Part shown: positions 1 through 10,615 of the stretch, one piece after another
Numbering within the stretch: position 1 is the first letter of the stretch
Layout of the letters: each line of letters starts with the position of its first letter
From: Dehalococcoidia bacterium
GTDB lineage: Bacteria > Chloroflexota > Dehalococcoidia > Lucifugimonadales > UBA2985
DNA: 64,000 nt
Assembly (NCBI GenBank): GCA_034421435.1
Contig: DAOUKJ010000069.1
Span: 22,013-86,012, forward strand
Direction of reading: 5' to 3'
Notes under the pieces: model-generated
What the model was told of the DNA's origin: nothing
Databases searched by the model: none
Seen by the model: only the letters and a program-made list of their open reading frames with translations
Program-made: the position numbers and the translations under genes

Positions 1-2
1 TC

Positions 3-740
3 GTGGCCATCATCCGCGAACGTGGCAGACGCACCTTCGATCTCGTGAACCGGCAGGCCACCGAGACGGTCGCCCGCGAGGCGCGGCTGGCCGGCGTGAG
101 GCACATGGTGCACGTCAGCGCGATAGGCGCACAGGAGAACCCCACATACCCGTATCTGCACTCCAAGTGGCAGGGCGAGCAGGCGGTACGGAGCAGCGGC
201 GTGACCTACACCATACTCCGTCCCTCGATTCTGTTCGGAGAGGGCGACGAGTTCATCAACACGCTGGCGGGAATGGTGAGGGCCTTCCCTATAGTGCCTG
301 TTGCCGGTGACGGCAAGGCGCTGCTTCAGCCCATAGCGGTGGAGGAGGTGGGCGCGGTAGTGGCGGAGGTGGCAGGCGACCTGCGCTACGGAGGCAGGAC
401 GATAGAGCTGGGCGGTCCACAGCGACTGACCTACGACGAAATCGTGGACGTGGTCAAGAGGACGCTGGGCGTTCGGCGCATCAAGGTGCACATTCCGTTG
501 TCGCTGATGTTCGCGGCCGTGCGCATCATGGAGGCGGTGATCCCCAACCCGCCGGCGACGACGAACCAGCTGCGGATGCTGGCGCTGGACAACGTGACGA
601 GCGAGCCGCCGGTGGAGGCTGTGTTCAGGATCAAGCCCCGCACGCTGGAGGGCAACGTGGGGTACATTCGCAGCATGTCATACCTGGAGGCCCTGAGGAC
701 TGCGCTCGGCTTCATGCCGGGGCGGATAAGGGGCGGTTAG
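3..740 (+). CDS. NAD(P)H-binding NmrA/NDUFA9-like atypical SDR, 5' end cut by window edge
   Basis: ORF track 3..740 with no start inside the window. The translation (…VHVSAIGA…YTILRPSILFGEGDEF…LTYDEIVDVV…) looks like the C-terminal two-thirds of an NmrA/complex-I NDUFA9-type Rossmann protein. Confidence 0.65.
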   Translation: MAIIRERGRRTFDLVNRQATETVAREARLAGVRHMVHVSAIGAQENPTYPYLHSKWQGEQAVRSSGVTYTILRPSILFGEGDEFINTLAGMVRAFPIVPVAGDGKALLQPIAVEEVGAVVAEVAGDLRYGGRTIELGGPQRLTYDEIVDVVKRTLGVRRIKVHIPLSLMFAAVRIMEAVIPNPPATTNQLRMLALDNVTSEPPVEAVFRIKPRTLEGNVGYIRSMSYLEALRTALGFMPGRIRGG

Positions 741-750
741 GGAGAGCAGG

Positions 751-2124
751 TTGAGGTACTCTGAGGCTATAGAGCGCATCATGGGCATGGTGGACTACGA
801 GCGGCCGGCCACCATTCCGGGCGGCCGCGCCCGTTACGACCTGGAGCGCATCGGTGCGCTGCTGGAGGCACTGGGCAATCCGCACTTGGGCGCGCCCACC
901 GTGCACGTTGCCGGCACAAAGGGCAAGGGCAGCACAACGGCAATGGTCGCGTCGATACTTGAGGCGGCCGGCTGCACAACGGGGCTGTTCACCTCGCCGC
1001 ACCTGCACACCTTTCGCGAGCGCATTCGGGTCGGTGGCAGGCCCATCTCTGAGGACGAGTTCGCCGGGCTGGTCGAGGCGCTGTGGCCTGCCGTCGAGGA
1101 GATTCGGCGCACGGGCCACGGCCGCGTGACCGTGTTCGAGCTGCTCACGGCGATGGCCTTCCGGTGCTTCCGCGAGCGAGGCGTCGGTGCGCAGGTCATC
1201 GAGGTTGGCCTGGGCGGCAGGCTGGACTCGACTAACGTGGTGCAGCCCCTGGCGTGCGGTATCACCTCGCTCGGGCTGGACCACACGGAGGTGCTCGGCG
1301 ATACGCTGGCGGAGATCGCGATGGAGAAGGCCGGCATCATCAAGCGAGGCGTGCCAGTGGTGTGCGCGCCGCAGAGGCCGGAAGCCCTGGAAGTGGTGAG
1401 GGAGGTCTGCGATGCGCAGGAGAGCAGCCTGACCCTTGCTGGTGAGGACATTCGCTGGTCGTCGGAGAGCGCCACGCTGGACGGCCAGACGTTCACGCTG
1501 GAGACCGCCAGGCGCACGTATCGCCTTTCAGTTCCGCTGCTTGGCGAGCACCAGATGGAGAACGCCGCGGTGGCCGTGGGACTGGTCGAGGCGCTCGCTG
1601 AGGGCGGCATCGACATTCCCCCCGAGGCAATCGAGGAGGGACTGCGTCGCGTGGAGTGGCCCTGCCGCCTGGAGGTGCTGCGCCGCGAGCCGCTGGTCAT
1701 AGCGGACGGCGCGCACAACCCGCACTCCGCCGGTCGCCTGGTCGAGGCCATGCGGTCGCTCATTCCCGGTCGGCGCCTCACGCTCGTGGTCGGCGTGTCC
1801 CGCAACAAGGACGTGGAGGGCGTGGCATACGAGCTCAGCCGGCTCTCGCCTGCGGACGTGGTGACCACGCGCTCCCGCCATCCAAGGTCCGCTCAGCCTG
1901 AGTTGCTGGCGCGGGAGTTCGAGCGGTACGGCGCCCTTGCGCACACTGCCGACTCCGTGGCGGAAGCCGTGGACGAGGTGGTCGCTTCGGCATCCCAGGA
2001 CGACGTTGTGCTGGTCACCGGATCGCTGTTCGTGGCCGCGGAGGCCAGGGAGCATGCGATGGGCATCGAGCCGGAGCTGTATCCGGTATTCGACGTGCTT
2101 GCGGCGCCGGCGCGCCATTCTTGA
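751..2124 (+). CDS. folC: Bifunctional folylpolyglutamate synthase / dihydrofolate synthase
   Basis: 457-aa ORF. Mur-ligase P-loop HVAGTKGKGST, then DSTNVV, LDHTEVLG and a C-terminal Mur ligase domain (IADGAHNPHS). TTG start is preceded by GGGAGAG. Confidence 0.9.
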   Translation: MRYSEAIERIMGMVDYERPATIPGGRARYDLERIGALLEALGNPHLGAPTVHVAGTKGKGSTTAMVASILEAAGCTTGLFTSPHLHTFRERIRVGGRPISEDEFAGLVEALWPAVEEIRRTGHGRVTVFELLTAMAFRCFRERGVGAQVIEVGLGGRLDSTNVVQPLACGITSLGLDHTEVLGDTLAEIAMEKAGIIKRGVPVVCAPQRPEALEVVREVCDAQESSLTLAGEDIRWSSESATLDGQTFTLETARRTYRLSVPLLGEHQMENAAVAVGLVEALAEGGIDIPPEAIEEGLRRVEWPCRLEVLRREPLVIADGAHNPHSAGRLVEAMRSLIPGRRLTLVVGVSRNKDVEGVAYELSRLSPADVVTTRSRHPRSAQPELLAREFERYGALAHTADSVAEAVDEVVASASQDDVVLVTGSLFVAAEAREHAMGIEPELYPVFDVLAAPARHS

Positions 2125-2139
2125 AACGAGAGGTTTCGC

Positions 2140-3390
2140 ATGAACACGGACAGAGCTAGAGTTGTGGTGACGGGAATGGGCGCCGTAACACCGCTGGGGT
2201 CGTCTGTGGAGCAGTTCTGGGACGGGCTGGTGGCCGGCCGCTCAGGCATCGGCCCAATCACGCTGTGCGACACCACGGGCTATCCCACGCGCATTGCGGG
2301 TGAGATTCCGGACTTCCAGCCGGACAAGTACATTAACTCTCGCGAGGCCCGAAGGATGGCGCGCTTCAGCCAGGTGTCGCTGGCGGCGGCGTACATGGCG
2401 ATGGAGGACGCATCGCTGGACCTGGAGCGGGAGGATGCTGAGCGAATCGGCGTGCTGCTGGGCAACGGCGCCGGCGGCCTCTCCACAACCCAGGACGCCT
2501 GCGCAGACATGACCGGCAAGGGCGTCATGCGCATCAACCCGTTCTTCATCCCCATGATGCTGCCCAACATGGCAGCGGCCAACGTTGCCAGGCTTGTGGG
2601 CGCCAAGGGGTACAACTCCACCGTGGTCACGGCCTGCGCCGCCTCCAACCAGGCCATCGGCGAGGCGGCTGAGGCCATTCGACGAGGCGCAGTGGACGTG
2701 GTGCTTGCAGGCGGCTCCGAGGCGAGCATCAGCGAGATCGGCCTGTCTGGCTTTTGCATCCTCAAGGCGCTGAGCACCCACAACGAGGAGCCGGAGAAGG
2801 CGAGCCGCCCGTTCGACGCCAACCGCGACGGCTTCGTGCCGGCGGAGGGCGCCGCAATCCTGATTCTGGAGAACCTGGAGCACGCACTGGAGCGAGGCGC
2901 GACCATCCTGGCGGAGGTGGCCGGCTACGGCGCATCGAGCGACGCCTTCCACGCCGTGCAGCCCGACGAGAACGGCGAGGGCGCAAGCCGTGCGATGCGA
3001 TGGGCCCTGGAGAACGCGGGCATCACCACGGAGGACGTCGACTACATCAACGCCCACGGCACGTCCACGCCGCTCAACGACGCGGTGGAAACGATGGCCA
3101 TCAAGAGCCTGTTCGGCTATAGGGCCTACTCGGTGCCCATCAGCTCCACCAAGTCGATGATCGGGCACGCGCTGGGCGGCGCGGGCGCGCTGGAGGCGGT
3201 GGCGTGCGTAAAGACGATCCTCGATGGGGTCATTCACCCGACGGTGAACCAGGAGAACCCGGACCCTGCCTGCGACCTTGACTACGTGCCTAACGTTGCG
3301 CGACGGCAGCCGGTGGACGTAGTGCTCTCGAACAGCTTTGGCTTCGGGGGCCAGAACACGTGCATAGTGCTACGCCGGTTTGAGGAGTAG
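2140..3390 (+). CDS. fabF: 3-oxoacyl-ACP synthase II
   Basis: 416-aa ORF with KAS II hallmarks: VVTACAASNQAIGEA (active-site Cys), INAHGTSTPLND, SSTKSMIGHALGGAG, NSFGFGGQN. Confidence 0.95.
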   Translation: MNTDRARVVVTGMGAVTPLGSSVEQFWDGLVAGRSGIGPITLCDTTGYPTRIAGEIPDFQPDKYINSREARRMARFSQVSLAAAYMAMEDASLDLEREDAERIGVLLGNGAGGLSTTQDACADMTGKGVMRINPFFIPMMLPNMAAANVARLVGAKGYNSTVVTACAASNQAIGEAAEAIRRGAVDVVLAGGSEASISEIGLSGFCILKALSTHNEEPEKASRPFDANRDGFVPAEGAAILILENLEHALERGATILAEVAGYGASSDAFHAVQPDENGEGASRAMRWALENAGITTEDVDYINAHGTSTPLNDAVETMAIKSLFGYRAYSVPISSTKSMIGHALGGAGALEAVACVKTILDGVIHPTVNQENPDPACDLDYVPNVARRQPVDVVLSNSFGFGGQNTCIVLRRFEE

Positions 3391-3408
3391 GGTGGTGGCG
3401 GCGGCGCG

Positions 3409-3494
3409 CCCGCTCACCCTGAGCCGGGTCGAAGGGCGTGAGCGGGCCGACCTACTTCCCGCTCATGGTGAGCATGTCGAACCAGTTGAGCGGG
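3409..3494. repeat. Two REP-like hairpin units (CCCGCTCA-N21-23-TGAGCGGG family)
   Basis: 3409..3446 is cccgctcaccctgagccgggtcgaagggcgtgagcggg. 3458..3494 is cccgctcatggtgagcatgtcgaaccagttgagcggg. Each has perfectly complementary termini, and the same two subtypes recur at 6 other loci in the window. Confidence 0.85.
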
Positions 3495-3507
3495 ATGCGA
3501 CCCGGTG

Positions 3508-3864
3508 CTACAGCATGATGAGTCTGGCGGGAACCAACCTTTGCCTGACCGGATCAACAGCCAGCCCCAGACCCTCCAACGTGTAGGCGCCGAGCACGGG
3601 CGGCGCGTTGTCCTCGCCGAACGCCACGAGGGTCACCTCGCTGTCCCCGTCGATCGTGGCCCACGCCCTGCCGATCTCCATGGTCATGCTGCTGCCGTCT
3701 GCGATGACGAATCTGCGGCTGTCTGTCGGTTCTACGCCGAGGTCGCGTAGCGTGCGAGCGGGCAGCATGGTCAAGAAGGCGCCAGTGTCCACCGTGGCCT
3801 CGATATCCAGGCTACGTTGGCCGTCCATGCTGGTTATGCGCAGCGGCCAAGTGAAGGTTCCCAT
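3508..3864 (-). CDS. Retropepsin-like (clan AA) aspartic protease, 118 aa
   Basis: Single-lobe aspartyl protease signature …IEATVDTGAFLTMLP… (D-T-G-A) in a ~120-aa protein. ATG is preceded by AGGAGG. Confidence 0.75.
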   Translation of the reverse strand: MGTFTWPLRITSMDGQRSLDIEATVDTGAFLTMLPARTLRDLGVEPTDSRRFVIADGSSMTMEIGRAWATIDGDSEVTLVAFGEDNAPPVLGAYTLEGLGLAVDPVRQRLVPARLIML

Positions 3865-3899
3865 TGCGGGTGCCTCCTAATCGGAGCAATCATGGGTAC

Positions 3900-3929
3900 A
3901 TTGTAGCCGATATTGGGCGCCTGTGTCAG
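3900..3929 (-). promoter_or_regulatory. Candidate sigma70-type promoter of the retropepsin gene (CTGACA-N18-TACAAT)
   Basis: Minus strand reads tttCTGACAcaggcgcccaatatcggcTACAATg, about 35 nt upstream of the ATG at 3864. Sequence match only. Confidence 0.4.
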
Positions 3930-4124
3930 AAATCAGGTCTGGTTCGGAGTATCGAGACCTCTAACTTAGGCCGATGTGGAGAGCGTGTAACGACGTTAGA
4001 CATCCCTTGTCAAGGGTCAAGCGCGGCAACAATAGCGACCTGGCTCTGGAATGTAGGTGAGTACGCAGTGATGCACTCCCAGATGTGCCCCTCTCGCGCT
4101 CGGCGGAGGTAGCAAAGCACTCGT

Positions 4125-4358
4125 TCAGCGCGAGCTCAGGTACGTCTGCGGCTCGTCCATCCAGTCCATCTCGTCGCACCCGTGGAACAGCGCCCAAAGG
4201 TCCTCCGGCGATTCTAGGGGCCTGACGCTGCGGCCTGCCTCCAAGCGCTGATTGGCAGCGGCCAGTAGCCACTCGCTGAGGGACTTGCCTTCACGGCGCG
4301 CCTGATCATCAAAGCGATCCTGTACCTCGTCAGGTATCACAAGTTCCACTCTGGCCAT
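4125..4358 (-). CDS. Ribbon-helix-helix (CopG/Arc-like) antitoxin-like protein, no adjacent toxin
   Basis: 77-aa ORF. N-terminus MARVELVIPDEVQDRFDDQARREGKSLSEWLLAAANQRL fits the beta-strand plus two-helix RHH pattern. SD-like GGTGAGGTG lies upstream. Confidence 0.55.
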   Translation of the reverse strand: MARVELVIPDEVQDRFDDQARREGKSLSEWLLAAANQRLEAGRSVRPLESPEDLWALFHGCDEMDWMDEPQTYLSSR

Positions 4359-4497
4359 GTTGTCACCTCACCTGCTGCGTTGAGAGTGTGCATCGACAGT
4401 AAATGCCATCACGTGTGAAGTCAACTTGTACGCTCCCCATCACGGCAACGCTGTGCGCAGAGCACGCGCCAGTTACAGCCCAACCAGCTCAGTGAGG

Positions 4498-4719
4498 CTA
4501 CAGAGTCTCGCAGAACTCGGATACGGTAAGGTCGGCAAGGCGTATCAGGCTCCGGAGTGTTCCTCTTGCTACAGTTGGGTGATTAGGCACCGACAGTGTT
4601 GCTAGGTGGCCCGGCTTCGTCATGATGATGTGACTGCCCCTCTGCCGTGCCACATTCCAGCCATGATTCTCAAAGGCACTTACTGTCTGCGCCCCGCTCA
4701 GCACGGGCAGAGGTGGCAC
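4498..4719 (-). CDS. hicA: HicA-family mRNA interferase toxin
   Basis: …FENHGWNVARQRGSHIIMTKPGH…TVARGTLRSLIRLADL… is the HicA/YcfA pattern. The ORF-track start (4791) lies inside hicB. A GTG at 4719..4717 overlaps the hicB TAG by 1 nt and gives a ~73-aa protein. Confidence 0.8.
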   Translation of the reverse strand: MPPLPVLSGAQTVSAFENHGWNVARQRGSHIIMTKPGHLATLSVPNHPTVARGTLRSLIRLADLTVSEFCETL

Positions 4720-4925
4720 TACAGCGTCACTTCTACTTGCTGCGTCTCGATTGTCAGAGGCAGACCCTGCTCGGCGCGCACCTCCATGCAAAGCGTGATG
4801 GCCTCACGGATGTTGGCCAGGGCCTGCTCCCTGGAATCACCCTGGCTGACGCAGCCTGGAATGGCTGGACACTCCACAATCCAAACACCGTCCTCGTCCC
4901 TGTCAATCGTCACCGAGAGCTTCAC
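4719..4925 (-). CDS. hicB: HicB-family antitoxin (UPF0150 fold)
   Basis: 68 aa, …DRDEDGVWIVECPAIPGCVSQGDSREQALANIREAI… is the classic HicB N-domain. GTG start with GGAGG 9 nt upstream. Confidence 0.8.
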   Translation of the reverse strand: MKLSVTIDRDEDGVWIVECPAIPGCVSQGDSREQALANIREAITLCMEVRAEQGLPLTIETQQVEVTL

Positions 4926-4946
4926 AGGCTTCTGCCTCCGTTGGAC

Positions 4947-4976
4947 GCTATACGTGGCGAATGTCTAGAGTATAGC
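4947..4976 (-). promoter_or_regulatory. hicBA promoter/operator: extended -10 (TGCTATACT) overlapped by a 7-bp inverted repeat GCTATAC-N16-GTATAGC
   Basis: Inverted-repeat arms at 4947..4953 and 4970..4976. The -10 TATACT (minus strand) is at 4969..4974, about 44 nt upstream of the hicB GTG. This is typical autoregulated TA architecture. Confidence 0.4.
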
Positions 4977-4996
4977 ATAGTGCAGTTTACTCCCCA

Positions 4997-6361
4997 TCAC
5001 CCCGCAGCCGCGCGCAGCGCACGCGCCAGCGGCTCTTCCTGGCCTGGGAGCACGGTGCGTGGGTCGACGACCACCCTGTCGCCTTCGATGCGTGCGACGA
5101 CTGGCGGCTCTCCGGCTCTCAGCCGCGCGGCAAGGGCCTGCGCGCCTCCCGGCGAATCGCCCGAATCTATGGCCAGCAGCCACGTTGGAAGCGTCTCGCC
5201 CGGCAGGCTGCCTCCGCCCACGGTCGACAGGCCGCGCTCGACGCGGCCGCAGCCTGCGGCTTCCTGCAGCCTGAGGGCCGCCGCCTCCATGTCGTCGAGC
5301 GGAGCGGCGATCATCCGCCACACGGGAATCGCCTCCACAGCCTCGCCCTTCAGGTAGTGGACGAGCGTGGCCGTGAGGGCAGCCAGGCTGAGCTTGTCGA
5401 TTCGCATGGCCCGCGCCAGCGGATGACCCGCCAGGCGCGACACGGCCTCACGCTTCCCTACGATGATGCCGGCCTGTGGACCGCCAAGGAGCTTGTCGCC
5501 GGAGAAGCAGGCCAGGTCTACGCCCGCGTCCACGCTCTCCTGCACCATCGGCTCGTGCGCCAGGCCGAAGCGGGCGGTGTCCAGCAGGCAGCCGCTGCCC
5601 AGGTCGTGAATCACCGGCACGCCGTGGCGCGCGCCCATCTTCACCAGCTCGCCGGTGGTCGTCTCGTGGGTGAAGCCGGTGATGACGAAGTTGCTTGAGT
5701 GGACCTTGAGGAGCGCGCCCGTTTCGGCGCAGATCGCGCCCTCGTAGTCGGCGGCGTAGGTGCGGTTGGTGGTGCCCACCTCGCGCAGGACGGCGCCGCT
5801 GCGACTCAGCACGTCCGGTATGCGAAACCCGCCGCCGATCTCGACGGCCTCGCCGCGGGACACGACGACCTCCCGGCCGTACGCGATGGCCGACAGCGCG
5901 AGCAGGACGGCGGAGGCGTTGTTGTTCACGACCAGCGCCGCCTCTGCGCCAGTCAGGCGGCGCAGGATGCTCGATACGTGGGCCTGCCGCGAACCGCGTG
6001 TGCCATCCTTCAGGTCAAGCTCCAGGTCGGAGTAGGACGCGGCTGCGCGCGCGACGGTCTCGGTAGCCGCGTCGCTGAGAGGCGCGCGGCCAAGGTTGGT
6101 GTGCAGCACGACGCCCGTTGCGTTGATGACAGGCGCAGGCGCGGGTGCTAGCAGCGCAGCGGCCATGGCGCACACGTCCTCCACCAGCGCATTGAGCGTG
6201 GGCGGTGCGACGCCGTCGGTCACGCCGCGGCGGGCGTCCTCCAGACGCTCGCGCGCCAGGTCGGCCACCGTATCGTGGGAGACCTCCGCCGCTAGGGTGC
6301 GCAACCGCTCATCGGAGAGGAGCCTATCGACGCTCGGTATGCGCCTGTAGCCGGTTGACAT
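4997..6361 (-). CDS. selA: L-seryl-tRNA(Sec) selenium transferase
   Basis: 454 aa. IPSVDRLL N-terminus, INATGVVLHTNLGRAP, VVNNNASAVLL, VVSRGEAVEIGGGFRIPDV, EVGTTNRT, FSGDKLLGGPQAGIIVGK (PLP-Lys) all match SelA. Confidence 0.9.
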   Translation of the reverse strand: MSTGYRRIPSVDRLLSDERLRTLAAEVSHDTVADLARERLEDARRGVTDGVAPPTLNALVEDVCAMAAALLAPAPAPVINATGVVLHTNLGRAPLSDAATETVARAAASYSDLELDLKDGTRGSRQAHVSSILRRLTGAEAALVVNNNASAVLLALSAIAYGREVVVSRGEAVEIGGGFRIPDVLSRSGAVLREVGTTNRTYAADYEGAICAETGALLKVHSSNFVITGFTHETTTGELVKMGARHGVPVIHDLGSGCLLDTARFGLAHEPMVQESVDAGVDLACFSGDKLLGGPQAGIIVGKREAVSRLAGHPLARAMRIDKLSLAALTATLVHYLKGEAVEAIPVWRMIAAPLDDMEAAALRLQEAAGCGRVERGLSTVGGGSLPGETLPTWLLAIDSGDSPGGAQALAARLRAGEPPVVARIEGDRVVVDPRTVLPGQEEPLARALRAAAG

Positions 6362-6380
6362 GGGCTGGTGAGGCGAGTGC

Positions 6381-7766
6381 CTAGCTCCCAGCGGAGCCGC
6401 GACGCTCGTCCTCGGCCTCGCGTGCCAGGGCCAGGATCTCCTCCGCCGAGAAGAAGGTGCGCCGCTGGCCTACCAGCGTGTCGCTGTCGCGGTCGTAGGC
6501 GCCGTCGTAGGATGCCTGGATGTGGTCGTAGACGTGCTTGACGGCGCGGCTCACGGTGGAGTAGGTGCCCTCTTCGCCGGTCTCCTCCTTGACCTTGCGA
6601 TTGAGGACGGAGACGATGCCGTCCATGCCTGAGAGCGCGCCGATGCGGTGCTGCTCGACGGCCTCGTCGCCCACAAGCGAGGCGTCGAACGGGAGGTAGA
6701 TGGGCCCGCCGCCTGCCTCGTCCGAGCGGCGCACGCCGGTCTGGTGTATGCCGGCCTGCGTGGAGAACACCTCGCCGATGATCGGCTGCTTGGGCGGGAT
6801 GGTGCACACCTCGGTCGTGATGAGGTCTCTGATGCGCCCGACCACGTCCAGCCTGAAGCCCGGATCGCCGTACTCGCGGATGTAGCCCGCCACCACCTGC
6901 TCCAGCGCGGTGTTGCCCGTCCGCTCACCCAGGCCCGCGAAGGCGACGTTGACGCGCCGGCAGCCGTAGCGCAGGGCGGCCATGCTGTTGGCCGTGGCCA
7001 TGCCGAAGTCGTTGTGGCCGTGAAACTCCAGCTCCGCGCCGGTCTCCTGCACCAGCGTGGAGATGAGGCGCGGGATGCCGACAGGCAGCGGCGCGTACGG
7101 GTCGGGCGAGCCCCAGCCGATGGTGTCGCAGATACGGAACTTGGCCCAGTTGTCGGTCTCGTCGAGCACGCGCTGCATGAACGGAATGACGAAGCCGTGG
7201 ATGTCGGCCTTGGTGGTGTCCTCAAGATGGATGCGCGGCCGGATGCCGTTCTCGCAGGCGGTGAGGATGGGCGCGAGGTACTTCTCGACGGCCTCGGCCT
7301 TGCTGCGGTACTTCAGCTTGTCGAAGATGTGGTGGTCGGAGCTGGAGGCGAGCATGCCCGTCTCCTTGATGGAGCCGCGGGACACGTCAACCAGGTCCCT
7401 GATGTCCTTGGGGATGGCCCTCGTCCAGGTGGTGACCTGCGGGAAGGCGTACTCACGCTCCAGGAGGCGCTCAAGCGCCCAGAGGTCGCGCTGCTGGTAG
7501 ATGAACACTTCGATCTGCTCGATGGTGCCGGTGCCGTTGTCCAGCTCGTGCAGCAGGTCGAAGTAGCGCAGGCGCGCGTCGACAGGGAAGAGCGCGAAGT
7601 GCGGGTCCTGCGCGCCGTCTCGCAGGGTGGTGTCGGTGATGAGCTTGCGGTGAGTCTTGTCCGTGACGGCCGGGATTGGCGCGGGTTCATCCTCCATGCG
7701 CAGGGGTGGGAACCTGCCCTGGTAGTTGTAGTAGCGTACCTCCGGGTCTATGTGATACTCCGCCAT
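6381..7766 (-). CDS. DRE-TIM metallolyase, homocitrate/2-isopropylmalate synthase-like (possible Re-citrate synthase)
   Basis: 461 aa. …ITDTTLRDGAQ… plus …EFHGHNDFGMATAN… are the HMGL-like metal/substrate motifs. There is no LeuA regulatory C-domain. Confidence 0.7.
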   Translation of the reverse strand: MAEYHIDPEVRYYNYQGRFPPLRMEDEPAPIPAVTDKTHRKLITDTTLRDGAQDPHFALFPVDARLRYFDLLHELDNGTGTIEQIEVFIYQQRDLWALERLLEREYAFPQVTTWTRAIPKDIRDLVDVSRGSIKETGMLASSSDHHIFDKLKYRSKAEAVEKYLAPILTACENGIRPRIHLEDTTKADIHGFVIPFMQRVLDETDNWAKFRICDTIGWGSPDPYAPLPVGIPRLISTLVQETGAELEFHGHNDFGMATANSMAALRYGCRRVNVAFAGLGERTGNTALEQVVAGYIREYGDPGFRLDVVGRIRDLITTEVCTIPPKQPIIGEVFSTQAGIHQTGVRRSDEAGGGPIYLPFDASLVGDEAVEQHRIGALSGMDGIVSVLNRKVKEETGEEGTYSTVSRAVKHVYDHIQASYDGAYDRDSDTLVGQRRTFFSAEEILALAREAEDERRGSAGS

Positions 7767-7828
7767 GTCATCCTCCTCCCTGGTTGTGCCTGGGCGCGGC
7801 GCCGAGTGCGACGCCTGCTGCGCCCAGC

Positions 7829-9583
<1,755 letters not shown>

Positions 9584-9678
9584 GTTGCCTCCTTGCACCG
9601 GAAGACGGGAGGAATGGGGCTGGTTCTATATTAGCCCAAAGCGAGCAGGCTAGACAATCCCTGGGGTGTTGGGGGGTG

Positions 9679-9715
9679 CCCGCTCAAATGGTTCGACACG
9701 CTCTCCATGAGCGGG
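9679..9715. repeat. REP-like hairpin unit (reverse orientation)
   Basis: cccgctcaaatggttcgacacgctctccatgagcggg, same family as 3458..3494. Confidence 0.8.
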
Positions 9716-9891
9716 CTTAGGCGTCTCGTCACTCACCAAAGTCCTAATGCTAGCGCCTTTTGCCGGCGCGTCCTGCAGTGCTACTCGGGGTCTCTCCAGT
9801 CTCCTGCGTCGTGAACAAGTGCATTCTATTGCTGGCATCCGCCGCGAAGCGGTAAAATGTCACTTGTAGGATTGTGCTTGGGAGGGGTCAA

Positions 9892-10182
9892 ATGAGAGGC
9901 ACTGGGACACCGGCCCACCAGCGTAGGCCCCGCAAGGAAGCGGTTCGCCTGGGTAAGGAAATATACCAGCGGCACATTCTGCCGCAGGTCGAATCCGAAC
10001 ACTTCGGTGAGTACGTCGCCATCGACGTTGAGACTGGGGACTGGGCCGTCGCCCACACCACCCGCATCGCGGTGGAACGTCTGCGGGCACGGAGGCCGGA
10101 CGCGATAGACGTCTTGTGCGAACGGGTCGGCTACCGAGCGCTCCGCAGCTTCGGGGCCGGCTCTCTGCGGAGAACTGGGTGA
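9892..10182 (+). CDS. Small DUF5678-like protein, upstream partner of the aspartic protease
   Basis: …FGEYVAIDVETGDWAVAHTT…RLRARRPDAIDVLCERVGY… ATG 9892 follows GGGAGGGG. The stop TGA 10180..10182 overlaps the next gene's GTG (GTGA). Confidence 0.55.
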   Translation: MRGTGTPAHQRRPRKEAVRLGKEIYQRHILPQVESEHFGEYVAIDVETGDWAVAHTTRIAVERLRARRPDAIDVLCERVGYRALRSFGAGSLRRTG

Positions 10183-10550
10183 TTCTAGGGGTGGTGAACG
10201 CCGCCCACGAAGCCGTCGTGACCCTTTCACTTCAGGACACTGATGGACGGACGCGGGATATCGAGGCTGTGGTGGACACCGGCTACAGCGGATTCCTGAC
10301 CTTGCCGCCTACTTTGGTTGATGAGTTAGGGCTTCCATTCGCCTACATGGGCCAGGCGTTTCTGGCCAATGATGCTGAAGTGGATTTCGACGTTCACTAC
10401 GTCACCGTGCTCTGGGACGGCCGGCCAAGAGACATTGAGGCCGACGCGACAGGCAGCACACCGCTTGTGGGCATGCTGCTGCTCGATAGGCACAACTTGA
10501 GCATTGAAGTCGAGACCGGAGGCAGCGTCGTTATACAGGCTAGGGCGTAG
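10179..10550 (+). CDS. Retropepsin-like (clan AA) aspartic protease, ~123 aa
   Basis: …IEAVVDTGYSGFLTLP… D-T-G signature and …TPLVGMLLL… flap/dimer-type C-terminus. An in-frame GTG at 10179 overlaps the upstream stop. Confidence 0.75.
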   Translation: MILGVVNAAHEAVVTLSLQDTDGRTRDIEAVVDTGYSGFLTLPPTLVDELGLPFAYMGQAFLANDAEVDFDVHYVTVLWDGRPRDIEADATGSTPLVGMLLLDRHNLSIEVETGGSVVIQARA

Positions 10551-10615
10551 CCTGGGAGACTACGGCCTACCGCCACCAGAACGCCAAGTCACAAGAGCTC
10601 TCGAAAGGCTACGAG

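Noticed and set aside
3864-4112. The 82-aa plus-strand ORF and 103-aa minus-strand ORF (3961..4272) in the spacer of the TA islet.
   Set aside because: Neither has an SD and both have odd composition. They overlap the promoter of the retropepsin gene and the RHH gene, so they are probably non-coding.
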